A stretch of DNA of 64,000 nucleotides from Patescibacteria group bacterium (GCA_038064495.1 JBBTSZ010000002.1:280934-344933), one strand, 5' to 3'. Positions 19,946 through 31,103 are shown, counted from the stretch's first letter. A program made the numbers and translations. The notes: generated by a model not told the origin, from the letters alone.

Positions 19946-20560
19946 TTAGTTTGGATTTTGCGGTGCTTGCGCAGGATTCGCGGCGCCGTCAGGATACGGC
20001 GAGCCGACTGATTGCGTCGGACGTTCGAGCTTCTTCGAGCTCGTCCCACCGACCCAGGGAATGACCCCTACGCCGACGAGTTGTTTGTCGAGCGACTGTG
20101 CCCAGTAGGTTTGTAGGTACATGCAGGCGCCTTGCGCGTAGCGTCGTGCAATCTGCTCGCGCGAGACAGCACCAGCAATCCCGGAACCAGCACCGGCTCC
20201 TGCGCCGTAAAGCGCATAGTCGCTCCATTTCGCGGCTGAGCCAAACGCGCCGACGGCACCTGTAGCAACGCCAATCGCGTTACCAAGTGCCATAAGCACG
20301 CCTTCCTTCAGTACGGGGCCCAGCATACCAGGGCGATGCGGACGAATATCCTGTTCGCACGACCGGTCCAGCTGAACCAGCTGGTCGTATTGCCTGGGAC
20401 CCCATTCCACTTCGTGGCTTCCGGGAACGCCTGCAAGACCTCGGTAGTGAGTGGCAATGTACGCATTGCCAATTTCAGCTGAGGGGCGTTCGCCACCGCA
20501 CGCGGCGACGAGCGAAAGCGATGCGAGGGCTACCCCTCGCAACATATTTTTGGTGAACAT
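19946..20560 (-). CDS. Putative lipoprotein with glycine-zipper helices
   Basis: Lipobox LVAA-C; GAGAGAGSGIAG; GAGGAG SD. Confidence 0.65.
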   Translation of the reverse strand: MFTKNMLRGVALASLSLVAACGGERPSAEIGNAYIATHYRGLAGVPGSHEVEWGPRQYDQLVQLDRSCEQDIRPHRPGMLGPVLKEGVLMALGNAIGVATGAVGAFGSAAKWSDYALYGAGAGAGSGIAGAVSREQIARRYAQGACMYLQTYWAQSLDKQLVGVGVIPWVGGTSSKKLERPTQSVGSPYPDGAANPAQAPQNPN

Positions 20561-20650
20561 CTCGTTCTCCTCTTTTGAGTTTGCGGTAGGGGAAATCCCA
20601 AAACGCGGGGAGGCACAAAATCCATATAAGGATCAGCACTTCTAGTAAGA

Positions 20651-20678
20651 ATTATATATAGATATAGCCATTTGTCAA
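20651..20678 (-). promoter_or_regulatory. Sigma70 promoter TTGACA-16-TATAAT
   Basis: Perfect consensus hexamers on the minus strand upstream of the lipoprotein gene. Confidence 0.75.
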
Positions 20679-20737
20679 TAGGGCATCCAGCCCTTTTTAC
20701 TTGCTCCTAGAGTAGGAGACGGGTACGGTAGGAGAAT

Positions 20738-21952
20738 ATGTCAGCACTTGCGTTTGAGATTACTAAGAAGCACGGGCGCGGGCGCGCAGGCGTGCTTACC
20801 ACAAAGCATGGTGTCATTCAGACTCCAGCCTTTGTACCAGTTGCAACCAAGGCGGGCGTGAAAGGAGTTCTTCCGGAAACACTGAAAAACCTTGGCGCAC
20901 AGGTTGCACTCGCAAATACCTACCACCTCTATCTCCAACCCGGCGAAGAAGTGGTGCAAAAAGCAGGAGGACTTGGAGCTTTCATGGGATGGGATGGTCC
21001 GACCATGACCGACTCAGGAGGATTTCAAGTATTCTCGCTTGGCGTAGCATTTGGTCGCACCATTACAAAAATTGCAAAGGGAGATGAAAATGCTCGAGAC
21101 CAGGGTGTTTCCGTCTATGACGAAGGAGTTCAATCGCAGCACGGTCAACTTGCCGTGATTGACGAACAAGGTGTCACCTTTACGTCACACATTGACGGTT
21201 CACTGCATCGCTTTACACCAGAGCGCTCGGTTGAAATTCAGCATGCGCTTGGTGCAGATATATTTTTTGCTTTTGATGAATGCACCTCACCAACCGAAGG
21301 GTACGAATATCAGCGTGAGGCAATGGAACGGACGCACCGCTGGGCAGAGCGTTCACTGCGCGCTCACCGACAGAACCTGGAGGCGGGGCAGACGCAATCT
21401 ATCTTTGGGATTGTGCAGGGAGGTCGCTATGAAGATTTACGCGAGGAAAGCGCAAAAGCGATTGCAGCAATGAACTTTGATGGATTTGGTATTGGTGGCT
21501 CCTTTAGTAAGGAAGATATGGAGGGAGCGCTGCAGGCGGCGATTCCACACCTACCGGAAGAAAAACCGCGGCATTTTCTTGGCATCGGTGAACCGGGTGA
21601 TGTGCTTACCGGAATAGCAGAAGGTATGGACCTATTTGACTGTGTTGCGGCAACCCGCATGGGACGTCATGGCACCATCTACACGAAGCGAGGAACCATC
21701 CATCTGACGAACGAGCAATACAAACAAGACTTTCGTCCGCTCGACCCTGAAACGAGTGTGCCTGGCACGGAAACCTTTACGCGTGCATATGTAGGGCATC
21801 AGCTTCGTGCGGGAGAAATGCTCGGGCCGATGATTGCGAGCATGCACAATCTTGGCTTCATCATCCAGCTTATTGATGGCGCACGCGAGGCACTCAACGA
21901 TGGGACCTTTGATACCTACCGAGACGAGTTCCTGAAAGCGTACTACGCATAG
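20738..21952 (+). CDS. tgt: tRNA-guanine transglycosylase
   Basis: LANTYHL, TDSGGFQVFSL, FDEC, GIVQGG, DLFDCV. Confidence 0.95.
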   Translation: MSALAFEITKKHGRGRAGVLTTKHGVIQTPAFVPVATKAGVKGVLPETLKNLGAQVALANTYHLYLQPGEEVVQKAGGLGAFMGWDGPTMTDSGGFQVFSLGVAFGRTITKIAKGDENARDQGVSVYDEGVQSQHGQLAVIDEQGVTFTSHIDGSLHRFTPERSVEIQHALGADIFFAFDECTSPTEGYEYQREAMERTHRWAERSLRAHRQNLEAGQTQSIFGIVQGGRYEDLREESAKAIAAMNFDGFGIGGSFSKEDMEGALQAAIPHLPEEKPRHFLGIGEPGDVLTGIAEGMDLFDCVAATRMGRHGTIYTKRGTIHLTNEQYKQDFRPLDPETSVPGTETFTRAYVGHQLRAGEMLGPMIASMHNLGFIIQLIDGAREALNDGTFDTYRDEFLKAYYA

Positions 21953-22004
21953 GGAAAGGCCGGAAGTAAATCCGGCCTTCGCTGCTAGTGAATCTCCTTT
22001 TCTA

Positions 22005-22415
22005 CTAATGGATGGTTCGATAATCCGTGAAATCAAAAAGGGCATTTCCCCACGGCGGAAGCTCAGCTTCAGTTTCGCAGAATTGCAGCAGATGTTCTCG
22101 AACGAAAACTGCTATTGAGTCGCTCCACTGCGAAAGGTATTTGAGATGTATTGCCTCATATTCACCCGCCGTAATCTTGTGCGAGATAAGCAAGAGCTCG
22201 GTTAACAAGTCGCTCGGACGCTCTGGGCTCCCTGGGTAACCAAAGGCGATTTGTTTAACCGTATCAGGAACGAGCATACCCTCCTTGTCGATGAAAAAAG
22301 GAGTTTCTGCTACAGGAATACAGCCTTTCATTTCTTGCATCACTAATTCAATGAGCTGGAGCAGATTTAGAATACTGGGATATGGTCGAAGTGCGCTGTG
22401 AATGTCTTTCACCAT
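22005..22415 (-). CDS. Hypothetical protein
   Basis: GAGGAGG SD before ATG 22415; hairpin 21955-21979 downstream. Confidence 0.6.
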   Translation of the reverse strand: MVKDIHSALRPYPSILNLLQLIELVMQEMKGCIPVAETPFFIDKEGMLVPDTVKQIAFGYPGSPERPSDLLTELLLISHKITAGEYEAIHLKYLSQWSDSIAVFVREHLLQFCETEAELPPWGNALFDFTDYRTIH

Positions 22416-22539
22416 AACTTCCTCCTCATGCAGTTCTGTCGTCAGTATAGCCTCCCGAGCAAGCACGCTCGACCGCTCTGGGTATAGTGAGACTAACGAG
22501 AACCTTTCGCTGACCGAGGCTATCCGATAGGATGAATCT

Positions 22540-24609
22540 ATGAGCTTTAAGATCCATTCCCCGTTTCCACCTGCAGGCGACCAGCCAGAGGCTATACGGA
22601 AACTCACCGACGGTGTGAAGCAGGGTCTGACCCACCAGACCCTGCTTGGCGTTACCGGCTCGGGGAAAACCTACACCATAGCGAATGTCATTCAGAACAT
22701 CGGAAAGCCGACCCTCGTGATGGCGCACAACAAAACCCTTGCCGCTCAGCTTGCGCAGGAGTACACCGAATTCTTTCCTGAAAACGCCGTACACTATTTT
22801 GTCTCCTACTACGACTACTACCAACCAGAGGCGTATATCGCTCACTCGGATACCTATATAGAGAAAGAAGCACAGATAAACGCGGAGATAGACCGTCTGC
22901 GCCACGCGGCAACGCAAGCACTTCTCACGCGCGATGATGTCATCATTGTCGCCTCCGTTTCTGCTATTTATGGACTTGGCTCGCCTGCTGAATATGAAAA
23001 GAGACACGTAAAGCTTTTGATAGGAGGAAAAGAGAATCGCTCCTCACTTATCCGAAAGCTGGTCGGCATTCAGTTTGAACGAACGAATGCGGACCTCACG
23101 CCGGGAACCCTCCGTGCGATTGGGAACGCGGTAGAAGTAATGCCCGTAAACGAGCGTGCCGTCTACAAAATTACCTTTGATGCCGACGTTGTTGCACATA
23201 TTGATGCACTGGATCCTGTCAGTCGTGCGAAGACAGGAACACCCGAGTCGCTGTTTATCTTCCCTGCAAAGCACTTTATTACCGGCGAAGAGGAACGTCT
23301 TGTTGCGATTGAGGATATTAAGAGGGAACTGGAGGAGCGTCTTGAACAATTGAAACGCGAAGAAAAGCCCCTTGAACATGAGCGGTTGAAGCGCCGCACA
23401 CAGTATGACCTCGCCATGATACGAGAAGTGGGCTACACCGGCGGCATTGAGAACTACTCTCGTCATTTTGATGGGCGCGCTCCGGGCGAGCCACCACATA
23501 CACTCCTTTCCTACTTTCCGCACAAAAAAGATGGTAGTGCTGATTTCCTCACGGTGCTTGATGAGTCCCACGTTACCGTCTCACAAATTGGTGGGATGTA
23601 TGCGGGTGATCGTTCTCGTAAAGACGTGCTGGTTGAGCACGGCTTCCGACTGCCGTCTGCTCGTGACAATCGTCCCCTACGGTTTGAAGAATTTGAGGAA
23701 CGCATTGGGCAGGTCATCTATACGTCAGCAACACCCGGAAATTTTGAACGTGAGCATTCCATAGCTCCCACTGGCCAGATTGTGGAGCAGATTATTCGTC
23801 CAACGGGACTGATTGACCCCGAGCTCATAGTGCGACCGGTTACCGAGACCGGCGACTTCAAAGGCCAAGTGGCGGACTTCATTGCTGAATCAGAGACCGT
23901 TATCAAGGGCGGTGGACGTGTGCTTGCCACCACACTCACCAAACAAATGGCGGAGGACCTCTCAGAGTTTCTGCGCGCAAAGAATATCAAGGCGGAGTAT
24001 CTGCACTCCGATATTAAAACCATTGAGCGTATTGATATCCTCACCAATTTCAGACGAGGAGTCTTTGATATTCTCGTAGGTGTGAACTTGCTTCGTGAAG
24101 GACTGGACCTACCAGAGGTGGAGCTCGTGGGTATTCTTGATGCGGACAAGGAAGGTTTTCTGCGCTCAGAGACTTCCCTCATTCAAACCATTGGACGAGC
24201 CGCACGAAATATTCTCGGACGCGTGATTCTGTATGCCGACGTGATGACTGGCTCCCTCACGCGCGCTATTGGGGAGACCAATCGTCGCCGCACCATCCAA
24301 GTTGCTTATAACGAAGCGCATGGGATCACCCCGGTCACCATCCACAAAGAGATTCGTGACATTGCCGAGTCTATGAGGAGTGAGCATCAGAAGACCGTGC
24401 AAGGCCTCCTTGAATTTGATCGTCTCTTGTATGCAGAAAATCCTGCAGCCTTTATCAAAGAAAAGCGTGAACAAATGAGTGAAGCCGTTGAAGCACTTGA
24501 TTTTGAAACTGCCGCGTTGCTTCGCGATGAAATCTACGAGCTTGAAGGAAAAGAACCAAAAGCAAAGAAGACGACGAAAAAAGCAACCACACGTAGACGC
24601 GGTCGCTAG
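22540..24609 (+). CDS. uvrB: Excinuclease ABC subunit B
   Basis: GVTGSGKT, YYDYYQPEAY, DESH, INLLREG-like motif, QTIGRAARN, C-terminal UVR domain. Confidence 0.97.
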   Translation: MSFKIHSPFPPAGDQPEAIRKLTDGVKQGLTHQTLLGVTGSGKTYTIANVIQNIGKPTLVMAHNKTLAAQLAQEYTEFFPENAVHYFVSYYDYYQPEAYIAHSDTYIEKEAQINAEIDRLRHAATQALLTRDDVIIVASVSAIYGLGSPAEYEKRHVKLLIGGKENRSSLIRKLVGIQFERTNADLTPGTLRAIGNAVEVMPVNERAVYKITFDADVVAHIDALDPVSRAKTGTPESLFIFPAKHFITGEEERLVAIEDIKRELEERLEQLKREEKPLEHERLKRRTQYDLAMIREVGYTGGIENYSRHFDGRAPGEPPHTLLSYFPHKKDGSADFLTVLDESHVTVSQIGGMYAGDRSRKDVLVEHGFRLPSARDNRPLRFEEFEERIGQVIYTSATPGNFEREHSIAPTGQIVEQIIRPTGLIDPELIVRPVTETGDFKGQVADFIAESETVIKGGGRVLATTLTKQMAEDLSEFLRAKNIKAEYLHSDIKTIERIDILTNFRRGVFDILVGVNLLREGLDLPEVELVGILDADKEGFLRSETSLIQTIGRAARNILGRVILYADVMTGSLTRAIGETNRRRTIQVAYNEAHGITPVTIHKEIRDIAESMRSEHQKTVQGLLEFDRLLYAENPAAFIKEKREQMSEAVEALDFETAALLRDEIYELEGKEPKAKKTTKKATTRRRGR

Positions 24610-24668
24610 ATACACAGTACAGAAATACTAGAGACTGCACGACACCCGTTCAGTGCTACTATTTCTCT

Positions 24669-25766
24669 ATGAGTGTTCGTACGCTCCTTGGTCTTCTTTT
24701 CCTTGTTACGCTACTTATTGTAGCGGGTTTTATTGCGTTCACGCTTAACATCTTCTGGGTACTTCTAAATGGCCTATTGCCAGCGACCGTAGACGTTGCA
24801 GGAAATATTCTTCCAACACTATTCGTCCTTATCATTGGTGGGTTCCTGTTGTTCTCGCTCATTGTGCTCCTATTCTCCTTTCTCTACCTCTTGATTGACC
24901 GCCTCATTGTTCAGCCGATGAAACACATTGGTACGGCCATGCATGAATTCGCTGAACACAATCATCAAGTCGAGCTTCCGCCGTTTTCTCGCTCCACAAA
25001 CGAAGTGCGTTGGCTTGCTGACGTATTCATTGAGTTCACGAATAGTGTTGAGCGTGTACATAACCGTGATATGGAAGTTTCTCGAATGAAATCGGACTTC
25101 ATCTCCACTGCAGCGCACCAGCTCCGTACGCCCATGACCGGTATCCGCTGGGCACTTGAGGCACTCCAAACTACGGGCGTAACGGCGGACCAAAAGGCGC
25201 TCATTGATAGTGCAACCGATAAAAGTCATGACCTTGTCGCCATCATTGGTACGCTGCTTGATATTTCGTCAATTGAATCCGGGAAATACAAGTATCGTTT
25301 TGAGGCACTTGATATGGACCTCGTCATGCAGGAGATTGTGAACGACTTCAGTCCACTCGCTCAAACACGTCAGGTTACGCTCTTTTATGCTCGAAGCGAA
25401 ACGCCACTAGCAAAAGCGCGTGCCGACCGAGAACGTATTAAATGGGTCTTGAATAATCTTATTGAAAACGCAATTCGCTACACCCCGTCAGGTGGTTCAG
25501 TACAAGTCTCACTTGAAGCCGGGCTCGGACGCATCTTTGTTAAGGTTCGTGATACAGGAATTGGTATTCAAGAGGGAGACCGTGCCAGTATCTTTGAACG
25601 TTTCTACCGCGCCCAGAATGCTGTGCAGAAGGAGAACGCAGGAAATGGTCTTGGTCTCTATATTGCCCGCACCATTGCCAGGGATCATGGTGGAGACCTC
25701 AATTTTGAGACAAATAAGGAGGGTCCGGGGACGACGTTCTCGTTCAGTCTCCCTTTCGCCAACTAA
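24669..25766 (+). CDS. HAMP-domain sensor histidine kinase
   Basis: 2 TM, HQLRTP H-box, NLIENA, DTGIG, GNGLGL. Confidence 0.92.
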   Translation: MSVRTLLGLLFLVTLLIVAGFIAFTLNIFWVLLNGLLPATVDVAGNILPTLFVLIIGGFLLFSLIVLLFSFLYLLIDRLIVQPMKHIGTAMHEFAEHNHQVELPPFSRSTNEVRWLADVFIEFTNSVERVHNRDMEVSRMKSDFISTAAHQLRTPMTGIRWALEALQTTGVTADQKALIDSATDKSHDLVAIIGTLLDISSIESGKYKYRFEALDMDLVMQEIVNDFSPLAQTRQVTLFYARSETPLAKARADRERIKWVLNNLIENAIRYTPSGGSVQVSLEAGLGRIFVKVRDTGIGIQEGDRASIFERFYRAQNAVQKENAGNGLGLYIARTIARDHGGDLNFETNKEGPGTTFSFSLPFAN

Positions 25767-25911
25767 CCTGAGCCGGGCTTACAGCCGACATTCTTTGTTC
25801 TTCTCTGCGCTCAAACATTCAACGTACTAGATGTACGTCTCAAGTTTTCCCTTGAGAAAGCCTCGAATCTGGGGCTTTTAATCCAGACTCAGTGGATGGT
25901 AGACTGGAGCT

Positions 25912-26385
25912 ATGCCTGACTCACAATTCATCCTCGTCGTTGAAGACGACCCTATTCTTAAGAACCTGCTTGGCCATACGCTTGCCGGGAAATATCAAAC
26001 CCTCTATGCAAGTGATGGCAATGAGGCTATCGCTCTCTTTGACCAGTACAAGCCAAAGCTCGTTCTCCTAGACCTTATGCTTCCAACGATGGATGGTTTT
26101 GCAGTGCTTGAAACACTTCGTAAACGTCCCGACGACTCCGCACACACACCGATTATTGTGGTGTCTAATCTCGGTCAGCAGTCAGATAAAGACAAGGCAC
26201 TAGCGCTCGGTGCAAATGATTACCTCATTAAGGCAGAGGTACCGATTGAAGATATTGTAAAAAGAATCGAAGCACTTCTCGGTGTTGTTCCGGCTGCTCC
26301 TGCTGAAGTAGTCCCCGTAGCTCCCGCGGCGCCACTAGAAGTTCCGCCAACTTCAACAACTCCAGCAACACCGCCGGTCGCATGA
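25912..26385 (+). CDS. Stand-alone response regulator receiver with Pro/Ala tail
   Basis: VVEDD, LLDLMLP, YLIK. Confidence 0.9.
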   Translation: MPDSQFILVVEDDPILKNLLGHTLAGKYQTLYASDGNEAIALFDQYKPKLVLLDLMLPTMDGFAVLETLRKRPDDSAHTPIIVVSNLGQQSDKDKALALGANDYLIKAEVPIEDIVKRIEALLGVVPAAPAEVVPVAPAAPLEVPPTSTTPATPPVA

Positions 26386-27065
26386 GCACTGAAGGTTTTA
26401 GAAATAAGACTTCTGACGCTGACGCTGTAGCGGAGGCCCGCGAACAAGCAGATCCCACTACCTACTCAGCACTTCCGTCCGAACTTGAAGACGGAGCGTG
26501 GCACAAACTCAATCCCAATAAAACACCTGCGCTTCAGCAGGCAGCCGTTCGTTTATTGAAAGGCCTCATTCACGTGTCGGATGTTATCGAGAAAGACGGG
26601 GAATTTTACTCAAAGGAAATGGCACATGAAAGCATTGCTGAAAAGATGTCAGAAGATGATATTCAAGCAGACGCCGAACTCATCAACCTTATCTTGAACG
26701 ATGTCGACCATATTTATAATACGGACGCGGTTCTTCCGACCCATAATGTGAAAGTAGAAAAGGGAACCGCAAGCTTCCATGACTTTGAGGCAGACATGGA
26801 GTCGGTGCCGCACCGCATGCATCGGAATTTGAATGAACGAGCTCGAGCACGCTTTGACCGTAAGTTGGAACAGGTGCAGGAACGCTTTGCATCACCCGAA
26901 GGCGAGGTCCTCGCCCGGAGTATTTTTGACGACATGATGAAGCACGAACCAAAGAGCTTTGAGGGAAGTTTTGATGCATTTTACGGACTTCTGAAAACAC
27001 GCATTGAAAAAGCTGGACAGTTGTCTCTCGAGCAGAAAGAATTACTTGATACGTACGGGAAATAG
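26382..27065 (+). CDS. Hypothetical protein, possible atypical kinase fold
   Basis: LNDVDH...HNV...FHDFE spacing. Confidence 0.55.
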   Translation: MSTEGFRNKTSDADAVAEAREQADPTTYSALPSELEDGAWHKLNPNKTPALQQAAVRLLKGLIHVSDVIEKDGEFYSKEMAHESIAEKMSEDDIQADAELINLILNDVDHIYNTDAVLPTHNVKVEKGTASFHDFEADMESVPHRMHRNLNERARARFDRKLEQVQERFASPEGEVLARSIFDDMMKHEPKSFEGSFDAFYGLLKTRIEKAGQLSLEQKELLDTYGK

Positions 27066-27160
27066 TTCGCTTGGTCGCGTCACTTCAGTCTTCGCGCTAT
27101 ACTAGCCTTCGTACCGGTCCCGCCACGGATCGGCAAAAGCCGTACCTATCTTAGACTTTC

Positions 27161-29827
27161 ATGAGCGCCAAAAAGAAAGAATCACACAAAGAAGCACACG
27201 CACAGCATGCCCACGCGGACGATTGGATTCGCGTGAAGGGTGCGCGTACCCATAACCTGAAAAACCTTTCCACTGAGTTTCCTCGGGGTGCCATGACGGT
27301 AGTTACCGGTCTTTCGGGTTCTGGAAAATCCTCGTTTGCCTTTGACACTATCTTCGCCGAGGGTCAGCGTCGCTATGTGGAGTCCCTTTCGGCCTACGCG
27401 CGCCAATTCTTGAATCAGATGCAGAAACCGGACGTGGACGAAATCACCGGACTTTCTCCTGCCATTTCAATAGATCAAAAATCACGTTCAAATAATCCAC
27501 GCTCAACGGTGGCGACCGTAACCGAGATTTACGACTATCTCCGCGTGCTCTATGCGCGCGCCGGCCAGCCCTACTGTACCGAGCACGATATACCGATTTC
27601 AAAACTCTCCAAGGAGGAGATGATAAATCTTATCTGGGCTCGCATCCGTGCAAAGTCGGGAGCAAAAGATGGGGAAGTCATGGGTGTACCGCTTGACCGC
27701 AGTCAGGTGGTTATTTACGCGCCGGTCGTGGTGGGACGCAAAGGTGAGTACTATCAGTTGCTGTACGACCTCTTGAGTAAAGGGTATGAAAAAGCCGTTA
27801 TTGATGGAAAACTCCATACGCTTCGTGAGAAAGTCGTGCTCGATAGAAACAAGCGTCATGACATTGATGCTCAGGTAGATTCCATCTTTGTCTCCGAGTT
27901 TGCGCGTACACCGGACCAAGCACGCGAGCGACTAAGTGAAGCACTGGAGCTTGCACTCAAAGAAAGCGATGGACTCGTGAAGATTCTCCACGCCGATGGC
28001 ACGCTTGAAACGCTTTCCGCAAAGTTTATCTGTCCGGAGGACGGCATTTCGTTCCCTGAGGTAGAGCCTCGTCTCTTCTCCTTTAATAGTCCCTACGGCG
28101 CCTGTCCTTCGTGTAATGGACTCGGAACGAAGTCCCTCTTCTCCGAAGAAATCTGCCCCGTCTGTGAAGGGAAGCGTCTACGCCCAGAAGCGCTCCGCGT
28201 CTACCTCTCGGGTAAGAAGAATCCAAAAATTAATAATGGTCTCGGCATCAACGTCGTAGATTTCACGAACTTCTCTATTGCTGAGGCGAAAGAGTTTATG
28301 GATCATCTGCAATTGTCCGAGATGCGTACCGAAATTGCGCGACCTATAGTCCGAGAGATCACGAGTCGCTTGGATTTCATGCTGAATGTTGGCCTGGACT
28401 ATCTCACTCTGAATCGTTCCGCCGCGACACTCTCAGGTGGTGAAGCACAGCGTATTCGTCTTGCCTCCCAGCTTGGCACCGGACTCGTGGGTGCGCTCTA
28501 CGTGCTTGATGAGCCAACGATTGGATTGCATCAGCGTGACAATGACCGCCTTATCAAGACCCTACTTTCATTGAAGGAGCTCGGTAACACCATTCTCGTG
28601 GTGGAGCACGATGAAGATACGATTTACGCATCCGACTACCTCATTGATATTGGTCCGGGTGCTGGTACGCACGGTGGCACGGTGGTTGCGTCCGGATGGC
28701 TTGAGGAATTACTTACAGCGCCCAAAAACGAATCGGGCAGCTCAACACTCGCCTATCTGCGTGGTGACAATGAAATAGCAATTCCTGAAGAAAGGCGTAC
28801 GAGTGAAAAAGGAGCGATTAAAGTACGTGGAGCCACACTCCATAACCTCAAAAATCAGAATGTAGATATTCCACTCGGTAAGCTCGTCTGCATTACGGGT
28901 GTGTCGGGGTCAGGCAAGTCCACCTTCCTCTACGACATTCTGCACCGGAACGTCGCTGCGCGCTTTGCAAAGCGTGAAGTGAAGCTGGAGCATGTTGCGT
29001 CCATGACGGGTACTGAGTATGTGGGCCGGGTGGTGCTCATTGACCAGTCACCAATTGGCCGTACGCCGCGCTCAAACCCAGCGACCTACACGGGAGCCTT
29101 CACGCACATTCGCGATTTATTTGCGGCAACCAGTGAAGCACGTGCGCGTGGTTGGAAGCCGGGCCGATTCTCGTTCAATGTGGCCGGAGGACGCTGTGAA
29201 GCCTGCCAAGGAAATGGGCAGATTGCGGTAGAGATGCACTTCCTCCCTACGGTGTATGTGGTGTGTGACGTCTGTAACGGCACGCGCTTCATGAAAGAAA
29301 CGCTTGAAGTGACCTATCGCGGTAAGAATATCTACGATGTCCTCCAAATGACCATTGAAGAAGCGGAAGTGTTCTTCAAAGATATTCCGGCAATAAACGA
29401 CCGGCTTGAAACCTTGAACTCAACGGGCCTTCAGTACCTCACCCTTGGTCAGTCAGCTACCACGCTCTCAGGAGGCGAAGCACAGCGCGTGAAGATCTCA
29501 TCTGAGCTGTATCGGCCCATCACCATGAAGACGCTCTACCTGCTTGATGAGCCGACAGTAGGGCTCCACTACGAGGACGTGAAGAAACTGATTGATATTC
29601 TGCAGGAGCTCGTCAGGCGTGGTAATACGGTGGTCGTGATTGAGCACAATCTGGACGTCATCAAATCTGCCGACTACCTCGTTGATTTTGGACCTGAGGG
29701 AGGAAATGGTGGCGGTAAGATAATTGCAAAGGGAACTCCGGAAGAGGTTGCGAACGTGGAAGGTTCGCACACCGGTACCTACCTCCATAAGCTATTGAAA
29801 AAGCATGGAAAAAAAGGCTCTAAGTAA
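27161..29827 (+). CDS. uvrA: Excinuclease ABC subunit A
   Basis: Two ABC modules ([24 protein letters not shown] x2), [10 protein letters not shown]-terminal zinc finger. Confidence 0.97.
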   Translation: MSAKKKESHKEAHAQHAHADDWIRVKGARTHNLKNLSTEFPRGAMTVVTGLSGSGKSSFAFDTIFAEGQRRYVESLSAYARQFLNQMQKPDVDEITGLSPAISIDQKSRSNNPRSTVATVTEIYDYLRVLYARAGQPYCTEHDIPISKLSKEEMINLIWARIRAKSGAKDGEVMGVPLDRSQVVIYAPVVVGRKGEYYQLLYDLLSKGYEKAVIDGKLHTLREKVVLDRNKRHDIDAQVDSIFVSEFARTPDQARERLSEALELALKESDGLVKILHADGTLETLSAKFICPEDGISFPEVEPRLFSFNSPYGACPSCNGLGTKSLFSEEICPVCEGKRLRPEALRVYLSGKKNPKINNGLGINVVDFTNFSIAEAKEFMDHLQLSEMRTEIARPIVREITSRLDFMLNVGLDYLTLNRSAATLSGGEAQRIRLASQLGTGLVGALYVLDEPTIGLHQRDNDRLIKTLLSLKELGNTILVVEHDEDTIYASDYLIDIGPGAGTHGGTVVASGWLEELLTAPKNESGSSTLAYLRGDNEIAIPEERRTSEKGAIKVRGATLHNLKNQNVDIPLGKLVCITGVSGSGKSTFLYDILHRNVAARFAKREVKLEHVASMTGTEYVGRVVLIDQSPIGRTPRSNPATYTGAFTHIRDLFAATSEARARGWKPGRFSFNVAGGRCEACQGNGQIAVEMHFLPTVYVVCDVCNGTRFMKETLEVTYRGKNIYDVLQMTIEEAEVFFKDIPAINDRLETLNSTGLQYLTLGQSATTLSGGEAQRVKISSELYRPITMKTLYLLDEPTVGLHYEDVKKLIDILQELVRRGNTVVVIEHNLDVIKSADYLVDFGPEGGNGGGKIIAKGTPEEVANVEGSHTGTYLHKLLKKHGKKGSK

Positions 29828-31103
29828 ATACGACCTCCCGCAAGTGCCGGGCGTCTATCTCTTCACCAAAGGAAAAGGGAAACAGAAGAAGGTGCTGTAT
29901 GTCGGAAAGGCCACGTCACTGCGTGACCGCGTACGCTCGTATTTTGATGACGACTTGATAGCAACACGTGGTCCGCGCGTGGTGGATATGGTCACGTCTG
30001 CAGACGGCATTTCCTATGAAACGACACCGACGGTGCTAGAAGCCCTTGTGCGGGAGGCGGCACTCATTCGCGAGTATGACCCACCAGCAAATGCCATGGG
30101 TAAGGATGACAAGAGTTTTCTCTATGCCGTTATCACGGACGAAATCATTCCACGTGTCCTTATGCTTCGTGGTAAGGATATTAATTTCGCTACAAAAACT
30201 GCAGGCGAGCTAAAACTTCGCGATATGCACGGACCGTTCACCTCAGGCACCCAGTTGAAGGAGGCTCTCCGACTTATTCGTAAAATATTTCCGTTTTACG
30301 ACACGGCTCGCCCCATTGTGCCGGACGCAACCGGAAAGAAAGGAACGGTTCAGGGTGCGAACAAACACCTGCAGGCAAAGGTGGAGTTCAACCGACAGAT
30401 AGGACAGTACCCTAAAGACATTGAGCGAAAGGAATATCTGCAGTCTATTAAGAATGTCTCGCTCTTTCTCTCGGGACAAGTGAAGACGCTTCGCACGAAG
30501 TTGAAGAAAGATATGAAGTCAGCGATTGCTGACGAACGCTTTGAAGACGCAGGCACGATTAAGCGCCAACTCTTTTCACTGGACCATATTCAAGATGTTT
30601 CTCTCATTCAGGAGGAGCACTCGCGAAAAAAGGATTCACCTCGCATTGAAGCGTATGACGTCGCGCACCTAAGTGGCACGAACGCAATCGGTGTCATGGT
30701 GGTCGTGGATGGTAGTGTTCCGGTGTGGAAAGAATATCGCTCGTTTCGCATACGCGGGAACGGAGGGAAATCACTCAATAATGATATTGCGTCACTCAAG
30801 GAAATCCTGGTACGCAGATTCGGACATCCTGAGTGGAATTATCCGCGCGTGATTGTGGTGGATGGGGGAACAACGCATAAAAAAGCAGCGACCGAAGTCC
30901 TCCGCGAGCTTGGTATTGAGATTCCCGTCGTTGCGATCGTGAAAGATGACAAGCATCGTCCGCGCGAGGTGCTGGGAGGGAAGTCAGTAACGATTTCTGA
31001 CGCTGACGCAGTGCTTGCTAACAGCGAAGCACATCGATTCTCAATTGCCTTGCACCGAAAGGCGCGAAATCGTAGTCTCATACAAAAAAGTGACAAAAAA
31101 TAG
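29805..31103 (+). CDS. uvrC: Excinuclease ABC subunit C, short form
   Basis: GIY-YIG (PGVYLF..YVGKA), UVR, RNase H-like RIEAYDVAH and VVDGG; no HhH tail. Confidence 0.88.
   Translation: MEKKALSKYDLPQVPGVYLFTKGKGKQKKVLYVGKATSLRDRVRSYFDDDLIATRGPRVVDMVTSADGISYETTPTVLEALVREAALIREYDPPANAMGKDDKSFLYAVITDEIIPRVLMLRGKDINFATKTAGELKLRDMHGPFTSGTQLKEALRLIRKIFPFYDTARPIVPDATGKKGTVQGANKHLQAKVEFNRQIGQYPKDIERKEYLQSIKNVSLFLSGQVKTLRTKLKKDMKSAIADERFEDAGTIKRQLFSLDHIQDVSLIQEEHSRKKDSPRIEAYDVAHLSGTNAIGVMVVVDGSVPVWKEYRSFRIRGNGGKSLNNDIASLKEILVRRFGHPEWNYPRVIVVDGGTTHKKAATEVLRELGIEIPVVAIVKDDKHRPREVLGGKSVTISDADAVLANSEAHRFSIALHRKARNRSLIQKSDKK

Noticed and set aside
22440-27160. LexA boxes upstream of uvrB/uvrA
   Set aside because: No GAAC-N4-GTTC or CTGT-N8-ACAG found in the intergenic DNA
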